Below are positions 1-12,492 of a stretch of 64,000 bases of DNA, one piece after another. The notes beneath the pieces were generated by a model, which saw only the letters and a program-made list of their open reading frames with translations, made no database searches and was not told where the DNA came from. The DNA comes from Rhizodiscina lignyota. Its lineage: Eukaryota. The number at the start of each line of letters is the position of its first letter. The first letter of the stretch is position 1. The stretch is from the NCBI GenBank assembly GCA_010015805.1, contig ML978128.1:1364001-1428000 (forward strand). Direction: 5' to 3'. Both the position numbers and the translations under genes were made by a program.

Positions 1-85
1 CATTGCAGTCTGGTCCTTATAATTACATACATTCCACCTTATTAGTCTTGGAAGTTATCGGAGAGTTTGAGTAAATGCTAAGTAG

Positions 86-2148
86 AGAAACAGGCCCCGT
101 TTCAGTCTGTTATTTAAAGGCGCCAACACAAGATCGCGGGGCACCCCTAAACTGCGCTCGTCGCCTGGCCTGCGAAAGAAAAAGATACCGCATCTAATAT
201 CTCCGCTCGAGGCGACCGATGCGCCGGAAGAAGTGGGTGATGAGGTTGACGTTGACACTGATGTCAAGTTTACCGTGCCCGGTTATCGGTATAGAACTCA
301 CGACCCTAGTACGGGCATCTCACTCTATGGCACTGGTGAGGGGACATACCCCGTTTCGGCGTTCCTATCCATGGGCATTCCTGTGTACTACCTGACAACG
401 AACTTCATACTTGATACTCATCAGCAGATTAGACACGAAGTTCGTGTGCTTGATGCATTCATTAAGGATTTTTGGCGCAAATATCCTGAGCAAGAAACTC
501 ATGCTGTCATTGTCAGGTTCGTCAAAGATGAGCGTTCTCGTATCGCATATCTGTAACACCATTTAGGACACCTCACCATAAAGGTCGCCGCCCAAGTCAG
601 GGAGCCCATATTACAGCCAAAATTTATAGCCGCGACTCCTGGTTGGGAAGGCCAGGAGCCGCCGTGACAGTACATGTTTATTCGGTCGATGAAAATCCTC
701 GGAAAGGTTATTCAGGGTTCCGCATAATCTACAGATCCGCGAGGACTGGTCTCCTGGCCCTTAGCGAAATGGAGAATCGTCTCCATCTCGCTGCGGCAAA
801 TTGTCTCTTCCATTTTATGGACGTTACAACCTTGGCTCCTGCGTCTGAGCTCGCACGGAAAAGGGCGATCGACAGCTTGCCACCGTTCGGCGCGAACTTC
901 GTAATGAGCGAAGATAACGTTGCTTCACTAGTTCTGGCTTCAATAACTGCCAATACTGATATTGACCCATTGTTGAAACCCTGGTTGTACCGTCTAAACC
1001 CACACTTACGGAGAAGTCTTGAAGATTTCGAGGCTTTTGTCAAAAACCGACGGAAATCGGTGAAACTTGAGCAGAGTTCTCTTGGTGTGCAGGCGATCGA
1101 CAAGGATGTGCAAAGTTTCCAGATACTCAGAATGGACTTCGACAGACACAAATATGAGAACGGGCTTGCGAAGAGGACGCTGTACGACCGGATAACCAAG
1201 GTTGAACAACACGTCACAGACAATTCCAATCCGTTCGCAGAGGGTGCACTATGGAGACAGGTGCAGAAGCTTCAACAGCGTCTCACATCACACATTTCTA
1301 GCAGTACATCATGGAGACAGGAAGGCGTAGCGGAAGCCAAGAAACTGCAAAAGCTCAAAACCGACTTTGAAGAGCAGAAGAAAGACTTCAATTCATCGCG
1401 AATAGAACTTTGGGACAAGATTAGTGCGATCGGAAGCCACGCCACGGATAACTCTCTTGAATTGTCGCAGACATCATTATCGGATCGAGTCGACAAGCTT
1501 GAGAAGCGGTTTGAAGCATTGGCTAGAGATAACACTGCAAGTTCCAGGCACGTGTTAAACGGAGCCAATGTTCCCATGATCCACACTGGCATCTTAGAGC
1601 GCTTGTTTGCTCTGGAAGACGAGATGAGGAAGCTGAAGAATGCGAACGAAATGCCTTCCTTGGACGATCATCCTCCGATTTCGCCGCCTCCAGAGCATGT
1701 CCAGCAGCCACAGACTATAGAACAAGAGAAGGATTCGTCCGAACTTGCCACGGCCTTCCAGACTTTGTCGGATGCAGTTTTATCTCGATTTGAGCCGAGT
1801 GACATATCAAATAGCCAGGATAATGAGAGCAGCTCTCAGGCTGGAGATGGAACATTGGATGATGAAACAGCAACGTCTCCAGCTCACTCGGCACCAGCAC
1901 AATCAGACTCCGGCCTCGATGCTCTCATATCTGCCTCTGAGAACCAGCGAAAGCGCAGACGCTCTCGTTCCTCATCGCCGTTCAGGTTGGATTACTCAAG
2001 TGCGCAGGGAAAAGATACTCGTGTTTCGGAGACTCTGAGAAACCGTGAATCGCCCGCAGCGCCGATAGGAAAAGCATCCAAGAAAGCAGTTCCGCATAGC
2101 CTTGATACAAGAGACTATACTGACTGGAACCCGATGCATCCTGATTGA
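86..2148 (+). pseudogene. Probably damaged gene for a coiled-coil/low-complexity protein of unknown function; the 3' part (643..2148) is still an open 501-codon frame
   Basis: The frame of ORF 233..556 is open from about 86 and reads on sensibly past the TAA at 554-556 (…IAYL*HHLGHLTIKVAAQVREP…), as expected for CAA->TAA. Neither ORF starts at an ATG. ORF 643..2148 has heptad-rich segments and an S/E/P-rich tail. Confidence 0.45.
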
Positions 2149-2177
2149 TGGGGTTTGGGCGAGAGGGAGGAAGCATA

Positions 2178-2860
2178 TCAACTGAACCTGTCCCTGGCGT
2201 CGATTTCTCCCCTCGCTAGTGATAACAGCCACCTCTTTAGCGTTCTAACGGCTTCAGTGTATATTTGTGTCACAAAATGGGAATGGCCATTTCCAAATTC
2301 GGTTTCCTTGTATATAGAGCTGTAAATGTAAATTAGATGATACATCGTGACCGCAGATGGTCATTCATTGGGGTTTAAATCAATCCTCCTCACAAGAAAA
2401 CCTCGCTTCTCGCCCTTTTTAGACAACATGGCAGTGGATTCTATCCAATCTTACTGATAGTATTTATTCCATCATCTTATCTTCGATATTTATGTTTCCA
2501 TTCACACATACATATCAGTCAATGAAACTCTACATAAATCTGTATCATAGGATGATCATCTCCATCAACCTCTCTTCCTGCTGTGGGCGGTGTCCCTCAT
2601 ATCAGAGCCTGAAACACTTAGCATTGTATCTCATAACTAGTTCTCGGGCCTTTCAGACATTAGTAAATTATCCTCAGTCAAGTTACTCAGGATATTATCT
2701 GCGGTCTACTCCATCTCATCGATATGGAAGTTCTGAGAGCGGCAATAGATTTAGAGGAATAAATCCTTCTCTTTCTTTCAGGACGTGAAGGAAGATAACC
2801 TACTAGCTAGTGATCAAGAAGTATGAAATGAGGGAGAAGCCTTAAAGAGGAAGGCAATTC
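2178..2860 (-). pseudogene. Degenerate (RIP-like) coding relic
   Basis: One minus frame reads protein-like (…NFHIDEME*TADNILSNLTEDNLL…KRGFLVRRIDLNPNE*PSAVTMYHLIYIYSSIYKETEFGNGHSHFVTQIYTEAVRTLKRWLLSLARGEIDARDRFS*). Its scattered TAG/TGA/TAA codons are compatible with C->T changes, and the region is AT-enriched. Confidence 0.4.
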
Positions 2861-3028
2861 TTGGCCCATGACACTCGAGACATTAGTGGGTAGCACCCGT
2901 GTCCACGTACCCGGTGACAGGTACGCTAAGCACCCAAACAGCGTCTGTCTTCGGGTGCTCCATGCATTAACTTACATACCGCAACCTCATCTCCGCGAGC
3001 ACCTCTACATCTACAATCCAACACCACT

Positions 3029-4203
3029 ATGCAATCCCACGATTCGCATTCACGTTCGCGCTCACCGCACCGTTCGCGCCATCGCTCAAGGTCGCCCGGG
3101 CACTATCGATCCAGATCTCACGATCGCCATGGACGAAGCCATCGGCGCAAGCACTCCCCACGCCCCGCAGAGCCAGTCAAGCTCCCTCTGTACGCAAAGC
3201 CGCTTTCCAAGCACGACTTCCAAGACTTCAAGCCTTTGTTCGCGCTCTACCTGGATGTCCAGAAGCAGCTTGACATCCAGGACCTCCCGGAGCGCGAGGT
3301 GAAAGGGCGTTGGAAGAGCTTCATGGGCAAATGGTATGTACTTTCTACAACTTCATTGCCTCCGTTCATGTAGCTGGCATGGAGACGTGTTGGAGCATTC
3401 GCTTCTTCTTCTCTATCTCCTCTCAAGGCACAACCGCACGAGTAACTATACTGACATTTCAAAGGAACCGCGGAGAACTCGCAGAAGGCTGGTACGACCC
3501 CATCACCAAGCGCAAAGCCATCTCCTCGCTCTCCACCGCCGCCGAACCATCCGCATCCCCCCCGCCAGCAAAGCGCCAAAAGCGCGCCTCACCAGTCGCT
3601 CCCTCGCCCCGTGCCAACGAAGTGAGCACAGCGCAAGACCAACACGACGATTCCTCAGACGACTTTGGTCCCGCGCCGCTCCCCAAGGACGCGCACGGCT
3701 ACAAATCCGGCCCCTCGATACCTACACAACAGGACCTCGCCCTCCGCGACGAAGCGTCTGCCGAAGACGCCGCGCTGCGCCGCGCCGACTTGCGCTTTGA
3801 CCGCAAGCTCGACCGCAAGGCGCAGAAGGAGCGGCTGGACGAGCTGGTGCCGCGCTCGGAGGGAAACACTCACGAGCGGCGGGTCGAGAAGCGTGCGGAT
3901 GCGCGGGCAGTGCAGTCCTCGTATCGGGAGGCGAAGGATGGCGGGGCGGATGACGTTGGTGAGGGTGACTTGCTGGGTGGGGAGGAGGGAATCGAGGGGT
4001 ACAGAGCTACGAAGAAGGAGGCAGAGCGCAAAAAGAATGAGAGGGAGATCAGGAAGGAAGAGCTGTGGCGAGCACGGGCTGCAGAGAGAGAGGAACGGCT
4101 GAAGGAGCATCGGGCGAAGGAGGATAAAACAATGGAGTGGCTGAAGGGGCTCGCACGGCAGAGATTTGGGCCAGGCGCTGGCGGCGAGAATACAGGAAGT
4201 TGA
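3029..4203 (+). CDS. Conserved fungal hypothetical protein with RS/H-rich N-terminus and charged coiled-coil C-terminus (2 exons; intron 3334..3464)
   Basis: ORF 3029 (MQSHDSHSRSRSP…FALYLDVQKQ…EVKGRWKSFMGKW) splices via GTATGT…CTGAC…AAG into NRGELAEGWYDP of ORF 3310..4203. Confidence 0.85.
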
Positions 4204-5056
4204 CACCAAGTCATGGGGGAGCGGGCTGCACGTCAAGCAGAGAATGTATCACGTTGAACAATTGAGCACAAGCGCAGTATATAGGGGGATTAGGGTTGGT
4301 ATTCATGTCTACGTAAAGAGTAGAAGAAACCTTTCGCCGGAACTAAGAAGTCCATGCAAAGAAGACCGCAAGGATGCCATTAATCCTGCAATTTCCATCC
4401 TGCATCCCTTAAAGGGGGCGCCCTCGTTATCCCCAAACTCGACGATTTTTGAAAGTATCCAGACTGCAGTGACCATTGTGACTGTCCCTTCACGTACGAC
4501 ATGTCACTCCACTGCTCAAACTGACAAAACCAGTAACTTCATGTGTCTGCTCCATTCCATTCGAACTTTTGCATCGGAAAGAAAAAATCAAATCAGTCTA
4601 GTCCACCACCGATCCATCGAGGGCCAAGATGCTCCGCCATGTCCAGGCTGACGCCACGGAATAGCCATGCATACTTGCCTGGGAGAGTGAAAGAAAGTGA
4701 GAAGATTAAGATGGTCATCATCGACCAGCGCGTGCAACCTTCTAATGTGTGTATGGGGGTGTTGGTGAAGGGAGTACGACATTTTGAAGACGAAAAGACA
4801 ACCCGAAAATGCTCAGACCTGGTATGGGGGGTACGCCGCGAAACACCATGCAATGCCGCAAATGAACAGGATGAAGTCGTTAAAGAAAACCAGTTGCGGA
4901 TCTTGAACGAAGGTATCGTCAAGTCCACATGATGGTTTGATCACAACCAGACACCAAGGTTGTGATCAGTCTCGAAAGCTTAGTCGTACACGGTGTCTGA
5001 GGAGGAGATTGGTAAACGGTTTCCAGACTGTTGCCTGTAGAGAACAACAGGATCGA

Positions 5057-6021
5057 TCAAGACTTGCGGAAGTCTTCATAAGTTAGTATTGTTCGCAATG
5101 GGACGGGAGGGTTGAGAGGCACTCACCAGAGAGCACTGGATAGATCATCTCGAAGGCTTGGTAGATCTCTTCGCGGACCTTGGCACCAGTCAAGACAATC
5201 TTTCCACTCACGAAGATGAGCAGGACGATCTTCGGCTTCATCATGCGATAGATGAGACCAGGGAAGAGCTCAGGCTCGTAGGAGCTGAAGTTGTGATGCT
5301 TGCTTGCCAGACCTTCGAGACGAATGGGGAACTTGACGTCGCAAGAACCGACGATGTTCTGGATCTTGAAGTCGGTGAACTTGGCATTGAAGCCGAGCTT
5401 CTGGATGATGCGAGCGTATTTGCGCGACGCGAGCTTGGAGTCATCTTCGGATTTGGCACCAGTGACGACCATCTTGCCGGAAGCGAAGATGAGAGCAGTC
5501 GTCTTCGGCTCGCGGATACGCATGATGACAGCTGCGAAACGCTATAGAGTGAAGAAGTTTAGCTCAAGTTGCGTACATGTGAATGCACTGGCGAGAGATT
5601 AGCAGTACCTTTGGGTTGTACTCTGCATTACGAGCATGCAGGGCAATCGTCTTGAGATCCAAGCGACAATCGAGATTGACGGTGGCGACGATGTTTCTTC
5701 ACGGCATGTTAACCTCATTGTCTTCCAACAAAAGAGGCAAGGCAGTACTCACTGAAGCGTTGGCACGATGCCGCTCACACCCTGTCCAGCACCGGGAGTC
5801 GCAGCCGGAGTCGCGGGCATCACCCCGTTGCCTGATGCAGCGGCGTTAGCTCCTGACTGCTGGCCATTGACAAAGCCATTCGCACCGTTGTTCTGCTGTG
5901 ATCCATCTTTCTCAGACGGTGGCGTGAGGTCACCAGCCCCGCCAGGGAAGGACAGCGACGCAGGAGAGGTAAAGGCCTTGGCCTGCTGGGCCGTGGACGG
6001 ATGAGAATTGAGCGAGTCCAT
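5057..6021 (-). CDS. SPT15: TATA-binding protein (4 exons; additional in-frame ATGs at 6045, 6084 and 6093)
   Basis: Unmistakable TBP core: [16 protein letters not shown]…[26 protein letters not shown]…[13 protein letters not shown]…[12 protein letters not shown]. The last mini-exon is DFRKS* with the stop at 5057-5059. Confidence 0.98.
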
Positions 6022-9000
6022 GCTGACGCCGTTGGAGTTTGCCATGTGCGACGACTGCGGAGCAGAAGTCGGGAGCGCAAACATTGAAGACATGTTGTTC
6101 TTGTCGTTTGTTGAAGAGAGAAGTTATGCACGAGTGGCAAATGCGGATTTGTTTAGCAAGACTACGGAGGTGAGGTGTTAGGATGTGTTCTACGTAAAAT
6201 GTGTGAGGTGGACGGCGAGCGCGTGAACTCGAGATCGTGGAGCGATGTGTGTGACAGGCGCGAGATCGCAGTTGTCGGTCGACGTCGCAAAGATCTTTCG
6301 AGATGCTCAAGTGCTCGTCGCAGTTGAGAGGAGCCGTACCAGTCAGTGGGAGATGAACAAGCGAATGTCTCCCCTACAGCCGCTGCCTGATGATCCGCGA
6401 CCGAAGACTACTTCGTCGCAAAGCGATCGCAAGTGTCTGTTGATGAAGTGTGGTGTTGCGCGGAACAAAAGGCGATGCCAGCTGGCCTTGTTGTCGTTGT
6501 TCTTACAGCGAGGCTGAGGTGGGTGCCTGGTCGCAAAAACTTCCGCGCTAATCCCGATCGGAATAGCCTAAGGAGTGGAAAAGTGCGCTGGAGAGCACTC
6601 AGAAGCGGCGAAAATCGCGCTTGGAGGGTGGTGAGAAACTGAGGACGTGATATCTTCAGTTTGCGACGGGTTTTGAGATGCGGCGTTGGGTGGTGCAGGC
6701 GCCGTGTGGGTGAGTGGAAAGCCGGAAAAGGGTGAGAAAAGAAGGGCGGCCTGGGGGTACTTATATCTACGCCCGTCTTGGCATTGCGGCCCGTGCGGGC
6801 GGGCGAACAGTCAGAGCGCGCCTCCTGAATTTCTTATCTCGCCATCGCGAGCCGGCCCCCTCTGAATCTTCACTCCAGCCTCGCCCCCGCCGCCTCAATA
6901 GAAGCTATTCACATTGTTCTATTGTTCTCTCGAAGCTTAAATGCCTCGCTATTCAGCAGAATGGCGCACGAGACTCACCCTGCATGTTAACTTGTCGCAG
7001 CAGCCAGCCTCGCACGGCGCTAAGCGCATTCACAGGAATAATGGAACTAGCTCGAAAGCAGCCGCGATGCGACACTAGATACGGCTTTCTGCGCTTCACC
7101 CCATGACTGCATATATTCACTGTATCCCGTCTAGATTCCACGATAAACTCGTCTTACATCGCGCATCGTGCCCACAGCATCTCACGCTTCGAAAAGTACA
7201 GATCGCTTCATGGATGCCTTATGTTCCATAATCCCTGCTCGGATACCAGCGGCGCAGCGGACGCGCGGCGACTCAACACCAAGCTCTTCACATGCCAGTG
7301 AGAGACCGCGCTTTTGCGGCGTTATACCGGACCAAGCTATCACAGCTTCACATCTATTTGGGAATTTGCAGGCTCCGAGAATGCTGTTGAGAGTGACAAG
7401 GAGAAATGAAAGAGCCGTGCAAGGTTCGCGCTGAGCTGCGGACATTCCCCGCTGTCGAGTTTCAGAGCATGCCTTATGCTTCTGACCACAACGGTTGTCC
7501 GACTGGGAGTGCAATTCCGTCCAAAGAACAATCCCGAAGGCAGTCAAACGTTGTGATTGTTACTTTGACTCGCCGTGCAGCGCCGGTGAAGTTTGCTTGC
7601 TGGGAGGCTGAGCTGCTCCGCCTCCTCCAGCCTTCACTCCGCATCCAGAGCACGTACGGGCAACGAATTGTCCCTTTTCGACTATGTCTGCATAGTGCTA
7701 ATGTGCACGACATCCACTCAGAGCGCGCATTGTTGAGCTTTGAGCTGCAGCCTTATTCACCGGAGCAAGGCTGCCTACATATTTTCCATGCCACTTACTA
7801 TTGGAGAATTCAATCATCCAATCGGTTCAATTGTCTCCTTGGCTTGTGCTCTGTTATTGTCATATGTTTTTCATTCGAAGCTTTGTTCTATTTAGTCATC
7901 ATCTTTCTTTCAACGCACTTCATCTCCTACTGGACAAAGATGGGATCTCACCATGAGATGCGCCACTGATCCTCAAACGCACAAGATGCCGCCTCACTGC
8001 AGTTCTTTGTCAGAGCTAGGCAATTCTCTGCAGCCATCCAACATAGCAGAGCTGCAAGATGCTATATATTCCTGCATGCCAAGCAGTCTGGTTCTGATGT
8101 ACCATAACGTTTCTAGCACCACCGGTCGGCACTTAGCCGCGCTGTAAGCATACTCGTCTCACACGAGCGCAGGTGCGGCAACGACAAGCGCTACTCATGC
8201 GACAATCACTAAAGCAGCTCGAGCTGTATCACTTTATAATGTCCTGCAAGAGGTGCATCCAACGGTGCATCAGACGAAAACTCCGCGTCCCTGCATCTGC
8301 ATCGGAACCAACCTGCAGAAGCGGAAACTCAGCACGGTAATGGCGCTGTTCCAGACTTATCCTCAGCTCCTATCAGACCTAGTGTTGTCAGATACTGGTG
8401 CTTCGCTTTGCAGTGACAATACGGCCAGTAGCCGCAGCTCAACTTGTGTCCCAAACACAACTGAAGAATGCATATTGGCAAGACTCTGTTGTTTTGGATC
8501 TCTATTTCAGTAGTCTCGCAACAACACATTTCTGCACTGTTTTCCAGTTCAGGCCAGCCCGAAGCATCGACCATCCAGCTTTCGGAGGTCTTCTCGCCTT
8601 CCTCGATTGGGAATTCTGGCTTGCTTTGACTGTTGTAGCTTCCTCGTGCTCAACATGCCTCACCACAACCCGCACGGCAGCCATCAAGCGCTCCTGAAGA
8701 CACACGGCCTGGGCTTGCTCTGAATGTCCTGAACCTCCTGAACCTCGTGACTCCTCTGATATGGCAGATTCTGATATGGAAAGCACTTCCAATTCACAGG
8801 TGACCACGACCGAGTTCCCTGACGTCTTACTCGTCTATGGGAGCTGCGAATCAGTCTTATCATTTACTAATCGTTTGCAATAATCACCAAGTTACTGGTT
8901 CTTGAGCTTGTGCAATCGATGCGGCTCGCACTGCTGATCCATTGCCGCCGCAGCCTTTCTGGCAGTTCGAAGGACCCGTGGCTGCCCATTGAGAGCGTCA

Positions 9001-12000
9001 GACGGCAATCTCGTTAATGAAACCTGCATTTTGTCTCTGGCATGACGCTACATGTAGATTGTTTTGCAATGTGGTCATGCGATCATACGATGATAACCAA
9101 TGATTGACGCTGCATATCACCAGGTAATTAGGGGCGATCATGTACGGATTTGAGCCGCAACATCCTGCATGCGATCGTAAGATGCACGAAATGTAGACAT
9201 AAGATTTACTCGCTTGCAATGCCACGCCGTCTTGAAGATGCAACATACAAATATAGCAAGATTAACCATTGATTTATCCACACAAGGGATCCTTTACTTT
9301 GACGTTTGCTCAAATCTCTATCATTACGCAGTACTTAGATCGCCGTCACGCTTCCCCTTTCCCCAAAATGCAGGTGCGAAAACCAATCCCCGCAAATCCG
9401 TCTCCACAGCGACGTCACAATCACCGTCCGAGAGAATGAGATCTCTCGATCCCAATGGCGGTCGGGTCGAGCGCAACTCTGCGGCTCCCGCAAGCGACCA
9501 AAGTGACGAAACACGATCTGCACCCCCTTCCTGTGCTTCCGCTCAACCTTCACATCCAACAGCCATCCTTCACATCCAACCCCTGATCTACATACCAAAT
9601 GCAAGGGAAACCACACGAGGTGGAAAAGAAAGAAGAAGAGATCAGCAACGTTGGCAAAGATTCGCCGCGGAACCCTTATTTTCCGCAGTTGCGCAGCGCA
9701 ACACCGCTTCATTCCAAATGCGCACGGCGTGAGTGGCTGCGGCTCCGCAACTGAGGCGGCTCGACGCAGGTGGTGTGAGCGCCGGAGTCTTCGAGGTAAT
9801 ACTTCGGGGCGATCATCGAGCTCCCTCCTTCGACAAGCCATCACCCAAGAATCTGTCCATCGGCTCGCGTGGGCATCACGCCAGCGACAAGACGGCAAAG
9901 TCCCCGCTGCTCGGGCCTGCGGGCGTGACACCTTCTCTACAGAAAACGTGAAAGCTTCAGCGCACTAGCAGGTGCCGTAAGGGATTAAGCTTCTTATAGG
10001 CAGACATTGTGTGACAGGCGATCGTGGGCTAAACTGACTTTCCCGCGACAGGCTACTAATCGTTTGTCACCACCAAGACTCACTCGGAAATGCTAGTGGA
10101 AAGATGTGCTGCATCCTCCAATCGGCGCATCACAGTTGCACAACACCACGATTATGTTCAATATCAGTTGCAGAGAGCATTGTGGCTTCCTGCCACAGAG
10201 AGTAGGCCGTTGGTCGCCACAGCCGCGCTCGTGATCTCGTTGAGATTGCTGCCACCCGCCGTGGCGTTAGCATCACGAGCCAGAAAAATCTCCGAGGCAC
10301 TCTCTGCCGCTCGCCATCCATTTGCCGCGTTCGTCGTCCGGAACTGATGGCGAGCGCTCTATGAATCATGATCGGGAGAGGCACTGGCTGGGCCTGGCTG
10401 CTTTGTTCTTCAGTCCCGCTTCTCCACAGCTGAGCAGCAAGAGGCGAGAAGGGATTTTTGAGCGGCCAAAAAAAAAATGTGTGATGGTGCCTGCATCAAG
10501 CCACCTGCATCCGCCAAATATGACCTGGCGCTAACCTGGAAGCGGAGATTCTGATCACTTTTTAGCTTCTTCGCCTTTCTTTTTCTCCTCCTCTGGCGCG
10601 CATGACTCGCTCTCAGCATTCAAACCATTGTTACCGGTCAGCTAACGTCGTGACCGGCGCAACGTCGCTTGCCGCGATTTGCATCTGAACGCTGCAGTCC
10701 CTTTGGTCGGGCTTGTCTGGGGCGAGGGCGCATCCGGCTGCCTGAAGAGAGCAGCAGCAGCACCCAGCACCAAGAAAAAGACGCTCGCGAGTCAAAGGCC
10801 GGGGCGTCTCCGCTGGACGGCCTTCCGGGGCGTTGGGGGGCGACGATTGGGTAGAAATTTCATGCCCGTGTCATGTCGGGGGCCCACCCGGCCGATTGAG
10901 CGTCGCGTGGAAAGCGCGACAGGGATGCATCCTTGGACGCGCTCCCTTCTTTTTGTTTTCGCGAAGGAAGCTGTGAGCAAAAACCAAATCAATCATCGTG
11001 AGAGGGAGGGGCGAGGGGACTAGTTCGGGGAGGGGGTGTGGTCCGTTTGGGTGCAGCAGGCGAGTGAGTAAAAGTGACGAGGCAATGATGCGCGGTGCAC
11101 ATGCGGGAATTTAGGGCTGCTGCGTTTGGCGGGTGTAGAGGAGCATTAGCCGCTGGAGACATGTCGCTGCTATTGTAGAACGTGATGGTGCGATGATGAG
11201 GAAGTTTTGAAGTGGTGAGCTGATGATGATGACACTGGGTGGAATGCAGGCGGCGACAAACAAAAGCGATGGCGCTGGCTGGACCCGAGGGCCTCTGCAC
11301 GGGGCGCAAAGTCACAGAGAGCCAAAAGCAAAGGGCAAGGGCAAGCAGAGCAGAGCGAAGCGTGAGGGACGGGGAAGGAGTGCTGGTGATGCTGTCAGTT
11401 GCGAGGCGGTCAGCAGCTTGGTTTTGAGGGTATGGAAGCGTTTCCAGTTCCACGCTGCAGCAGTTGCGCCGCAGCGGCCAGCCATGCATCCCCGGTGGCC
11501 TCGTCGATCCCGGCGGCGCATCCTTGCTTTGCTCTTTCCCTGAGCAGCATCGCCCTCGCCCTTCTGTCGCGCTGTCTTCCATCCATAGAACACGAGCCAC
11601 GCTGGGCTTGCACTGGAGCTCTGTCTGCTGCCTCAGCTTCCGTCCTCTCGCCCATCCCACTCCCTCTCTCACCACATCACCACCCCCATCGCCAGCAGCT
11701 CTGCCCTTCTCCACGCCAGCATCGCGACTCCTGTCTCGTCCGCTGCTTCGAGCCCTCCACCGCTGCCTCTCGCCTATTCTTGGACGCTGTTTCACATCCT
11801 CAACCGGTGAGCTCCCCGCCGATTACGCACTTCAAACATCCAGGGGGCAAAGGGCAACGATCCACTGCGCAGCTCGCCGAAGCGTTGCGTTTGCGTCTCT
11901 GCCGTCTGCTCACCCTCCCATTTCCATCTCTCCTGCAACACCCTCTCCCTTTCTCCTTCTCTCCAGACCGGCTTTCTGCGGCAACTGGCAGGCACTCCAT

Positions 12001-12492
12001 TTGGCAGCACACTCACGACTGCAGATTCGTAGCCAACTCCGCCCGTCATCTTCGCATCTTACCAGCGATCTAAACGTCAACCGGCCGTTGCGGGTGCAGG
12101 CATCATCCACAGCGAATGCCCTGTGCCAGCACTGCGAGCCTGCATTCCGCATCGCCGCCCCTGGGCCAATAGGAGGCAACGTTGCTCTTACGCACCTCTG
12201 CCTTGCAGCCTACCTTTTCCATTTTTTCGCGACCCGCCCAAGCAGAGGCGGCGAGCAGAAACAACAAACGCCCAGCCGTGCAGCAATCCTGCAGCCTCCA
12301 TCCCACACAATCCGCCATCCCCTACCTCACCTTGCACTAGCCTCCAACGCAAGGCCCAGTATCGCGCGACACAGTTGTACAGCCTCCTCAGCGCTCCTTT
12401 TGCCCTGCTGTTGCGCCCGACTTCCACCACGCATCCAACTGAATCCGGTCTCTTACTCTTCAACTCCATCTCCGCCACGCATCACCTCCGCC

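Noticed and set aside
3029..4203. Family sometimes labelled 'RNA helicase HEL117'
   Set aside because: The sequence has no Walker A, DEAD or other helicase motifs, so it is left as hypothetical.
6200..11400. Numerous 60-270 aa ORFs in the long TBP/GDS1 divergent interval
   Set aside because: They are overlapping and R/S/C-rich, with no motifs or coherent splice structure. A decayed relic near 8.3-8.9 kb cannot be excluded but is unsupported.
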